Shown here: positions 54,051 to 64,000 of the stretch, one piece after another
Position numbering within the stretch: the first letter of the stretch is position 1
How the letters are laid out: the number at the start of each line of letters is the position of its first letter
NCBI GenBank assembly: GCA_009914755.4
Contig: CP068257.2
Coordinates: 29,280,001-29,344,000 of the forward strand
From: the human T2T-CHM13v2.0 reference genome, Homo sapiens
Reading direction: 5' to 3'
DNA: 64,000 bases
The notes under the pieces: model-generated
The model's input: only the letters and a program-made list of their open reading frames with translations
What the model was told of the DNA's origin: nothing
The model's database searches: none
Made by a program: the position numbers and the translations under genes

Positions 54051-54867
54051 TTGCTACTTTAGCAAGTTCCAGAAATGAAGTGCATGGACATCCAGATGAT
54101 TTCCATACTCTGCTGCTGTGTGATTGTATAGACCAGCACAGTCACACTGGGATTGAGATGGGACATAAAGTGGCAGGGGTGCATACATTCAACGAACCCA
54201 ACAGCTATTCCAAATTATTTAAATTTTAAATTTAAAAGAATGAGGGTTAAGCCAGAAGAAATTCTGATTTACAATAGTGAGACCCAAGCACAGATAATTT
54301 TCAAAAGTTACTGAGATGATTCTAAATCAACAGCCAAAGTTGAGAATCACCACTTTCTGCCCTTTAAAATTAAAACTTGTCCTTATCAACTATGATGCTA
54401 AAATAGATTAGTATATATGCTTTAAAACTTCTATACTGAAAGCTTGGTTCATACATGACTTCTATCTACAAAAGCTAATGAGAAAGCAAAGATTGACACA
54501 AAATATTTTACTTTGTCATTACATTGTCTATTTTTCAAGAGAAAAGAACAAAACAAAGTATAATTGTATCATTTAGTGTTTTGGCCAAAAACACAGAAAC
54601 TCTTCTAGGAAATTCCAAATAGGAAGTGATTTAATACACAGTTAAATGATTACAAATCTCTGAAAGAGGTGGAAGAGTCAAGCTCAGCCCACACTGTTGC
54701 TAGCTCTCAAGTATGCCATTCATTTTCAGAGAATCAAGAAATTGCTACTATTCTCTAGACCTGGAATTGGAAAAACACTACTGACGACCACTGATGTGTG
54801 GATCCCCAGGGTGGTGATACGCAAGAGAATACCTAAAGGATCTTGCAAGGGTTGGTGTCCTAGTAAG

Positions 54868-55190
54868 TCCAGGCTGCTATAGTCAGTTAGCAAAGACTGG
54901 ATGACTTAAACATGGATTTTTTCATAGTTCTGGAGGCTGGAAGTCTGAGACAAAGGTGCCAGCATGGTCAGGCTCTTGATGAGGGCCCCCTTCATGGTTA
55001 TGTCCTCCCATGGTCTCTCCTGCATGCAGGTCGAAAGGAAGCAAGCTTTCTCTTGTCTCTTTTTATAAAGGCTCTAATCTTATCATAAGGGCTCCACCTT
55101 AATTACCTTCCAAAAGCCCCATCGCATTGAGGATTACAGTTTCAAAATATGAATGTAGGGCGTACACAAACATTTAGTCCATAGTAGATG
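54868..55190 (-). mobile_element. MLT1-type MaLR LTR (reverse orientation)
   Basis: gctgctatagtcagttagcaaagactggatgacttaaacatggattttttcatagttctggaggctggaagtctgagacaaaggtgccagcatggtcaggctcttgatgagggcccccttcatggttatgtcctcccatgg...ctttttataaaggctctaatcttatcataagggctccaccttaattaccttccaaaagccccatcgcattgaggattacagtttcaaaatatgaatgtagg is the reverse complement of the MLT1 architecture (..cagcccgagcagactaataca / ..ccccaaaattcatatgttgaa). Confidence 0.6.
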
Positions 55191-56338
55191 ACCTTCCACA
55201 TGTTGTATAATCACAGACCATGCTTCCCTTTCTCCTTTGTTGATGAAAAAGCCAAACTCTGTAAAATATTTGAACAAATTTATTCTGAGCCAAATATGAG
55301 GCCCATGACACATGACATAGCCTCAGGAGGTCCTGAGAACATGTGCCTAAAGTGGTTGGGTTCCAGCTTGATTTTATACATTTTGAGGAGACAGAAGTTA
55401 CAGGCAAAGACATAAATCAATACATGTAAGTTTTACATTGATTCAGCCTGGAAAAGTAGGCCATCTCGAAGTGGGCAGGGGGAGGCTTCCAGGTCATAAG
55501 TGGATGCAAAGATTTCCTAATTGGCAATTGGCTGAAAGAGTAAAGTTTTGCCTAAAGAGTTAAAGTCAGCAGAAAGAAATGCTTGGGGTTAGAATAAGGT
55601 GGGAGTTGGGGGTGGAAGCCAAGGTTTTGCTACGTAGATGAAGCCTCCAAATAGCAGGCTTCAGAGAGAATAGATGATAAATGTCCTTTATCAAACCTTA
55701 AAAGGCATTAGACTCTTAGTTAGATCTCTCCAGGATCAGGAAAATACCTGGAAAGGGAAGGGGATTCTCTACAGAATGTAGATTTTTCCCACAAGAGACA
55801 GTTTTGCAGGGACATTTCAAAATAGATCAAAAAATGTATTTTGGGGTAAAATACTTCCATTTCTTTCAGGGCCTGCTATCTCTTAATGTGATGCTATCCT
55901 AGAATCAGGCTGGAATATGGTACTTTATTGCTACAAACAGACTGTTTTGTCACTCTTAAAATATCTGGTTTAATGTTAATGCTGGTCAGTTGTGCCTAAA
56001 TTCCAAAGGATGGAGAGAATAATGAAGCATGTCTGACCCACCATTCCCATCATGGCCTGAACTAGATTTTCAGGTTTCATGGCTATCTTCTTGCCTGAGA
56101 TAAGGGGTCCTTTCAGTCAGTTGGAGGGCTTAGAATTTTGGTTTTGGTCTACACCTTCCAAATCATGAATAAATCCCCTCCCACCCCATTAGTAGAAACT
56201 AAACCAAAACCCAGCTGGCCAAGGATTCTTAAAATTTCAGCTCCCAAACTTCCAAATACCACAATAGAGAGGAGAGAAATTCAGCAAAATAGCACCTGTC
56301 AGTAACAAAATGGTAGTTAGAAAGACCAGGTTGCTTTA

Positions 56339-56676
<338 letters not shown>

Positions 56677-56777
56677 GGAAAGAGAGAGAGAAAGAAGGAA
56701 AGAAAGGAAGGAAAGAAGGAAGGAAGGGAGGGAGGGAGGGAGGGAGGGAGGGAGGGAGGAAGGAAGGAAAAGGAAGA
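56677..56777. repeat. (GGAA)n/(GGGA)n compound microsatellite grown from the Alu tail
   Basis: aaaaaaggaaagagagagagaaagaaggaaagaaaggaaggaaagaaggaaggaagggagggagggagggagggagggagggagggaggaaggaaggaaaaggaag. Confidence 0.95.
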
Positions 56778-56799
56778 TTTGACTAACAGGCAGAGTTTA

Positions 56800-56990
56800 A
56801 GAGCAAACTCTAGAGTCCATAGCCTGAGTACCAATCCTGGTTCAACCCCTTACTAGATGTGTAATTTTGAGCAATGCCTCAATGCCCTCACCAGCAAAAT
56901 GGGGATGATAATAATAATTACTTCATAGCATTGTCATGGAGAGTGATTGTGTACATTAAGTACTTAAGAAATATATCTGGCAGAGAATTA
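56800..56990 (+). mobile_element. MIR SINE fragment
   Basis: ccaatcctggttcaaccccttactagatgtgtaattttgagcaatgcctcaatgccctcaccagcaaaatggggatgataataataattacttcatagcattgtcatggagagtgattgtgtacattaagtacttaagaaatatatctggcag matches the MIR core (ggttcgaatcccggctctgccacttactagctgtgtgaccttgggcaagttacttaacctctctgtgcctcagtttcctcatctgtaaaatggggataataatagtacctacctcatagggttgttgtgaggattaaatgagttaatacatgtaaagcgcttagaacagtgcctggcac). Confidence 0.6.
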
Positions 56991-57067
56991 TCACTCCGTA
57001 AATGTAAGCAAAAATGATATAGGTGAGGCAATTTTTGAATTAAAGGAATCACTTTTTTGTAAATTTA

Positions 57068-57432
57068 GTGTTATGAGCTGAATATTTGTGTCCTCCCAAA
57101 ATTCATATGTGAAGTCCTAACCTCAAATGTGATGGCCTCTGGAGGTGAGGTCTTCAGAAGACAATTACTCTTAGATGAGGTCATGAAGATAGGGCTCTCA
57201 TGATGAGATTAGTTCCCTTATAAAAAGAGGAAGACAAAGTACATACACTGAGGAAAGGCCATGCAAGCACATGTCAAGAAGGTGGCCATCTGCAAGCCAG
57301 AAAGAGAGCCCTCCCGAGACACCAAATCTGTCAGCACCTTGATCTTGGACTTTCCAGCCCCCAGAACTATGAGAAATAGAGTCTGTTGGTTCAAGCCACG
57401 TGAGTCTATGGTATTTTGTTACAGCAGCTCAA
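57068..57432 (+). mobile_element. MLT1 MaLR solo LTR
   Basis: gtgttatgagctgaatatttgtgtcctcccaaaattcatatgtgaagtcctaacctcaaatgtgatggc...ttagatgaggtcatgaagatagggctctcatgatgagattagttcccttataaaaagaggaagac...ggccatctgcaagccagaaagagagccctc..caccttgatcttggactttccagcccccagaactatgagaaatagagtctgttggttcaagccacgtgagtctatggtattttgttacagcagctcaaactg matches MLT1 (tgtgatgggttgaattgtgtcccccaaaattcatatgttgaagtcctaaccccc..aatgaggtcattagggtgggccctaatccaatatgactggtgtccttataagaag..ggccatctgcaagccaaggagagaggcctc..accttgatcttggacttccagcctccagaactgtgagaaaataaatttctgttgtttaagccacccagtctgtggtattttgttatggcagc). Confidence 0.7.
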
Positions 57433-58675
57433 ACTGGTGATGACATTGAGTAAACTACATTTGTGTATAATCTGAGAAGATTTTTCCAGGAGGATTATAA
57501 ATATAGAAGAACATAGTTGTCAAGAATTAAGATCTTCATTCTGAGCAGAATCTAAACTCTTTTCATGCAAGAAATTTTTATCCTCAGGTCCTGTCCAGTT
57601 TCTTACAATTGATCTGATATTTGAAGATGGATGTGATAACTGTGCCCCTGCTGAGGAGAAACCTAGAATCTCTAAAAAGTAAAGTAGTGGAATCTGGCAT
57701 CAGATGGTCCCAGGTCCTGTCCCAACTCTACTAACTGCTTGCACAGAGCCCCTCAAGGCATCACTTAACCCCTCTGAGCCTCAATTATTCATCTATCGAA
57801 AGGAGATAAGGACAAAACCATATCCAGATAAATTTCAATGAGCTGCTGTATTAGAAAAAACTTCTGAAACTATCATACAAATGTTAATTGGTATTATTAG
57901 TGAAGAAACCTTTTCCAAAAGACCTCAAGCACAGTGCTGAGCATTCTTAGGATTTCAAAAAGTTACTTTGAAAATCGGCGCTCTTGTCTCCATCTCAATC
58001 TCCCTACTCCTATAACTTTTGGCTTCTGTTAAACATCTGGTCAGACTTAAAAGAGCAAGTTAGAAGGGGAATTAGTCATTTTACACAACGTCTTAGTTAA
58101 TTATCTACTACAGAGGTAAATAAATAAGACTTTGTTGTTTAGTTTTTTGTTCGTTGTTGTTTTGTTATTTTTTTTTTTTAGAGATGGGGCCTTGCCACAT
58201 TGTCCAGGCTAAACTCCAATTCCTGGGCTCAAATGATCCCGCTATCTCAGACTCTCAAGTAGCTTGTACTATAGGTGCATGTCACTGTGCCTGGCAGGAC
58301 TTGTTACTTAAATAATCAATACATCTGAATCTTGACCAGAGATATGCATGCATTTTTTTCCAGCCATGTCTTCCAGGTTTCCAAGCAGCATTTATCTTTA
58401 CCTAGCTGTGCTACACGTGGTTGTGCAGGTAGCGCACTGCACACACAGGAGGGTGACATCACATAGCCTGATGTCCTCTAGAGCTTTGCAAAACAGACCT
58501 GCCTAGCTCTGCACGGCAGCCTGATTTGGCCAAATACTTTTCTCTGTCACTCAGGGACCTATCTTCCAAGAAATAGCCCATAGATATATAGTCTTCACCT
58601 TCCAGATTCCCTACTAATTGAGATTTGGAAATGTTGTTTATCCTAAATTTTGTGTCTCTCATTACCAGCTAATAG

Positions 58676-59075
<400 letters not shown>

Positions 59076-60147
59076 AAAATTCTTAATAATGTTTTGAACA
59101 AGGAGCCTGCATTGTCATTTTGCACTGAAAATTATGGGCCAGTCCCAATGATTAAAGTAAATAAAATTCAAAAGCTCATCAAATTGTATCCAGATATGAG
59201 AAGGCTTATAAAGAAGTTGTCAGCAGGGATGCATGTATTAAGATCTGCAATAACCTGCACAGGTGGTCTACCTCAGAATCATTTGGAGAGTTTGTAATGT
59301 ATGCAGATTCCTGGGCCCACATGCTGGAGATTCTGATTCAGTAGGTGTGCAACTCTGGTGGGTTTATGTGTGTTTGTGTGTGTATGTGGGTTTCTTTTTC
59401 TTTTGTAAATGTCACGTCATTCCAGCGTGCAGCCATGTCAGGAAATTATTGCTTTGGGACATGCTACATCTTACGAAGAAGTGGAATCAGAAGGAGTCAA
59501 TTTCAGTGTAAGCCCGTAAGTTGTCCTTCACGTGTTCACTGAGATTAGGGTGTCTCTTTGCTCTGCTCTGCTATTGAAATTCCTTTCCCAGGAGCCTAAG
59601 AAAAAGACTTCAAACCTTAAACATGGGAGAAATGGCTTTTAAAAGTCAAGCATCTTTTAATCAGATGGTGTTAAAAATCTAAGATTAAAAAGTTAGGAGC
59701 TTTTTGCATTTTTCCCCCACTCCTCCTATCACTGGAGGATTTTTAGTGACTGGAGAGGGTGTTTCAAAACACCCCTGAATGGTCACAACTTCAGAAAAGA
59801 GAATATGGGGATAGGAAAGTAAAATGAGATTGTTTGGTACATGAGTATCACTCTGGAAAATTCCATGGATGGGAGGATGTTCCAGGTGCACATTTTAAGC
59901 AATAACTCAGCACAGAGTCAGATTGTGCAGTGTAACAAAACTGTCCTTAGCTGCATATTTGTCAGTCTTTCTGGAAGGTTCTCAGCTCCCCCAAGATGGC
60001 AGCTGGCTCTCGTCCCTGAGGTCAGAAAGAACCCCTCCCCCGCTGCCCTAGGACTCACAGATTCCTTCACAAAAGACACAAATTCTGCATGGTCAAAGCA
60101 CATCACACATGTTCTATTTTCAAGTTTCTCTGTTTTATTGTGTTTGA

Positions 60148-60445
60148 TTTTTTTTCTTTTTTTTTCCTGAAACAGGATCTCACCGTGTTGCCCAGACTGC
60201 AGTGCAGTGGCACAATCTCAGCTCACTGCAACCTTCACCTCCCGGTTCAAGCAATTCTCCTGCCTCAGCCTCCCGAGTAGCCGGGATTACATGTGCACGC
60301 CACCATGCCCAGCTAATTTTTGTATTTTTAGTAGAGACAGGGTTTCACCATGTTGGCCAAGCTGGTCTCAAACTCCTGACCTCATAATCCCCCACCTCGA
60401 CCTCAAAAAGTGCTGGGATTACAGGTGTGAACCACTGCACCCATC
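60148..60445 (-). mobile_element. Alu (reverse), full length
   Basis: tttttttctttttttttcctgaaacaggatctcaccgtgttgcccagactgcagtgcagtggcacaatctcagctcactgcaaccttcacctcccggttcaagcaattctcctgcctcagcctcccgagtagccgggattacatgtgcacgccaccatgcccagctaatttttgtatttttagtagagacagggtttcaccatgttggccaagctggtctcaaactcctgacctcataatcc...aaaagtgctgggattacaggtgtgaaccactgcacccatcc. Confidence 0.92.
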
Positions 60446-62442
60446 CTATCGTGTTTTATTTTTGTTTGTTTTTTTGTTTCTCTTTTTTTGGTGGGGCAGG
60501 AAGCAGAGTGGACCGTTTTCTATTTGTTATCAAGATAAATAAATCAGGCAAACCACCACTTTATTCTAAAGATCTGTTTTGAGAGAGCCATAGTCAGTTT
60601 CCCCAGTGTAAGGAGGAAATCATTCCTATATACTAGAAAACTTTTCAAAATTTTTTCAGGATACAAAACAAATTCATTCACTCAAGTTTATTCAAGGGTG
60701 GCTGATGTCAGGAGAATTGTGCACAGGAGTTCACTGTGTATCAATCTGACACTGAACCAGTCTCTAACCCATGGCAAGGACTGAGAAGTGGATGAAACCA
60801 CACTAAGAGGATACCCCTCAGGTCATCCTTTCACGAGTTTAACTCAAAAATAGGCAGGGAGCCGGAAACATGTCTGCAAGGCATTACAGAACCCATGCAT
60901 CATTACAGGGGATTACTGAGACGTAGGGGTGGAGGAGCAGGGATAGAGACCTCTCCTCAGCCCATCTAAACCCTCTCCCACCACTACAGCCATCCTCTTC
61001 AGCACAGATGAGCGCTCACACCTCCTACGCCTCCTTCCCCAGAGCCTTACAGAAATTTCCAGACCCGTTGTCTATTTTGGAGAGTGAAACTTGCGATAGG
61101 ATGACCAAGGAGTCTTCTTTTGGTGTGACTTCCTCCACTTCTCAGCCTATGACATAGGTTAACTCGAGACTGGTTCAATATGAAATTGATGCCCAGTGGG
61201 CTCAAAGCTTCTACTTCACAGGCTTCTCATGTACAGCCAAATGTTCCTTCACCTGGGAACGTTCTGAAGAGTGTTGTTACTATCTTAAGGGAATATGCTT
61301 TTAATTTAATGGTTGCCAAGAGCAGCAATCTTAGAAGTGTGGTGCCAGCTCTCCTCAGAGGCTGTCTTCAAAGGTCAAAGGGACCCTCAGGAACTGATTC
61401 TCCAAAGTGCTAAGGGACCACGCTAGGCTCATAAATCAAAGGGAAAAAATACATCCAAACTCCCTTCTGGGAGGCTACAGTCTAGACTGTCTTATATGCT
61501 CTTTGTTATCCATTAAAATAGGCAGTAAAATGTCAACACATAAAACAAAATATTCACAAAGAGAAATAAAATTCAGTAGAGTTACATATTCTGATAGAAT
61601 TTTCAAAACCACTAGGTCCATGTAGCAACTAGAGAGGTGGCTGGAGAAGGGTTATTTCAAATCCAGGAGAGATGTTAGGCACAGAGTGAACAGGAGTAAG
61701 AAACGGGCTAGAAACAGGCAATTCGCTAATGGTCTTTATTCAGAAAAACAGAATCCACTGATACTTATACCCTCATTGTCCTCCTGAGCTAAAGGCTGGA
61801 GACATTGGGCCTGGAGTAAAGGAAATGTAATCCTAGGCCCCTACATGATCCAACAATAACCCATTGCCACAGCTATGTAAACAACAGCTAGCAGGTTTCA
61901 ACTCTCCACATCAACTCCTGGACAGCCTCAGAAGACTTGCCGATGTCTGCAGAACCACATAAATGTTAAAGATTCTGGCAACAGTGAGAAGAGAGGAAGG
62001 AACAAGGAGGAAGAAAGTCAGAGGTATTAAGATAGAGAATGTATAAAAAGGGAAATTGTGATAAAAATGTATGGAAGGAAAAAATGGCTTACTACCTTAT
62101 TATTTAAAGTTACAATGATGATCAACAGAAATTTTAAAAAAATACAAAAAACAACAAAAGGAGGGAAAGGAGGTGATCAGAGGGTATCACAGTAGTGTGA
62201 GTTAAACCTTTGTCATAATGGGAAGTCAATAAATGGGACTTAATTTTTTTTAATCAAGTAATTTTTTGAGTTGTGGAGTTAAGACATAGAACGACCAAAA
62301 AAAAAAAAAATCAAAGGAGTTTTCTCCAGGAAGTGGAACTGATGTCAGAGAAGGGCTGGGGGGAGACAATAGCTTTTTATAAAATCTCCAGTATCACATC
62401 ATGGTTTCCGTGCATACTGACAAGGTATAGAAACTCAGACCT

Positions 62443-62742
62443 GGCCGGGCATGATGGCTCACGCATGTAATCCTAGCACTTTGGGAGGCCAAGGTGGGTG
62501 GATCACGAGGTCAGGAGTTCAAGACCAGCCTGGCCAACATGGTGAAACCCCATCTCTACTAAAAATACAAAAATTAGCCAGGTGTGGTGGCGTGCGCCTA
62601 TAATCACGGCAACTCAGGAGGCTGAGGCAGGAAACCTGCTTGAACCTGAGAGGCAGAGGTTACAGTGAGCCTAGATCGCACCACTGCACTGCAGCCTGGG
62701 CGACAGAGCAAGACTCCGTCTCAGGAAAAAAAAAAAAAAAAA
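62443..62742 (+). mobile_element. Alu (AluS-like)
   Basis: ggccgggcatgatggctcacgcatgtaatcctagcactttgggaggccaaggtgggtggatcacgaggtcaggagttcaagaccagcctggccaacatggtgaaaccccatctctactaaaaatacaaaaattagccaggtgtggtggcgtgcgcctataatcacggcaactcaggaggctgaggcaggaaacctgcttgaacctgagaggcagaggttacagtgagcctagatcgcaccactgcactgcagcctgggcgacagagcaagactccgtctcagg + A17. Imperfect TSD agaaa(c)t(c/g)agacct. Confidence 0.92.
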
Positions 62743-62754
62743 GAAATACTGAGA

Positions 62755-62980
62755 CCTTACCACCTATGTGATTTTAGGCAACTTTAACTTTTCCATGCAC
62801 AGTGTCCTCATTTATAAAATGGGACCAGTAATAATGCTTACTTCATACAGTTGGAAGAATGACATTGGATGATACAACTACAGCACTTAGTGCAATGCCT
62901 GACCAACAGTAGGTTCTCAATGAAGGTTGGCTATAAATAATATTTGTTTATTATTATTATTATTATCACCGGAGAGTTGC
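62755..62980 (+). mobile_element. MIR SINE fragment
   Basis: ctatgtgattttaggcaactttaacttttccatgcacagtgtcctcatttataaaatgggaccagtaataatgcttacttcatacagttggaagaatgacattggatgatacaactacagcacttagtgcaatgcctgaccaacagtaggttctcaatgaaggttggctataaataatatttgtttattattattattattatcac matches MIR (ctagctgtgtgaccttgggcaagttacttaacctctctgtgcctcagtttcctcatctgtaaaatggggataataatagtacctacctcatagggttgttgtgaggattaaatgagttaatacatgtaaagcgcttagaacagtgcctggcacatagtaagcgctcaataaatgttggttattattatt). Confidence 0.65.
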
Positions 62981-63531
62981 TTTTATTCACTTAATACATC
63001 ACGAACAGCTCCACAAATATAGATCTATGGGTCATTCTTGAACAGCTGCATTAAAGTCCGTAGAGTGGACTGGCATAATTATTCAGCCTTCGGACTAAGG
63101 TTCAAACAAGCTTCTTATCTAAATCTCATGGTTTCTCAACCTCAGCTCTACTTACATTTTGGGTCAAATTATTATTTGTTGTGGAGGGTTGTCCTGTGGG
63201 TCATAGGGTGTTTGGCAGCATCCCTGACCTTGACCCACAGGGTGTACCACCACCCCCAAGTTCTAGCAACCAGAATTGTCTGCAGACATTGCCAAATGTC
63301 CCCTGGAAGGGAGGGGGAGATAGAACTGCCCCAACATGAGAACATGCCTCAAATCCATCCTAAAAACTTCAGGGACTGTTCACCTGCAGCCGGGTTTCTT
63401 CTCATGAGAAAACTTTCTGAAGCTAGTTACAGGCAGACATAAAATACTACAGTCCCCATTTCATGTCACTCACCTGAAAGCAAGGGTCAGAGACACAGCT
63501 TTGCTGTGCCCTCAGTTTAAGATACACTTTA

Positions 63532-63945
<414 letters not shown>

Positions 63946-64000
63946 TCATGCTCTTGCCTTTTGCAATCTCAGTTTATCATAATCTTATTAAATGAGATTA

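Overview
This window looks like primate (human-type) nuclear genomic DNA, not a prokaryotic or viral locus. It is AT-rich and densely packed with interspersed repeats. I could not find a convincing protein-coding exon, tRNA, rRNA, CRISPR array or operon structure. The longest six-frame ORFs (about 215 aa or less) all fall inside repeats or inside one GC-rich retroelement-like block, and none translates to a recognisable protein; the only recognisable protein remnants are ancient LINE-1 ORF1/ORF2 fragments. The following features are supported directly by the sequence. About 17 Alu SINEs are present, several with intact target-site duplications (TSDs). There are several LINE-1 fragments: one young L1PA-like insertion with a 5' inversion (twin priming) and a perfect 15-bp TSD, one L1 with a large internal ORF2 deletion plus about 75-bp tandem monomers upstream of ORF1, and several older L1M/L1P pieces. 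There are many MaLR solo LTRs (THE1/MST-type and MLT1-type), MIR fragments and MER20-like hAT MITE fragments. A decayed Tc1/mariner/pogo-like transposase relic (translated motif HHDNAPAH) is split by the young L1. Microsatellites include (TA)n, (AC)n, (TG)n, (GGAA/GGGA)n and a 345-bp TA-rich compound repeat. A roughly 600-bp imperfect palindrome, a roughly 2-kb GC-rich block ending in four 68-72-bp tandem repeats plus AATAAA that resembles the 3' end of an ERV LTR, and a local direct duplication of about 300 bp are also present. Most likely the window is part of a large intron or gene-poor intergenic region. I saw no evidence for the novel biological system suggested by the prompt; the items worth a second look are structural and repeat-biology observations. 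All coordinates are hand-counted and may be off by a few bases, and repeat family names come from memory of consensus sequences, not from a database search.
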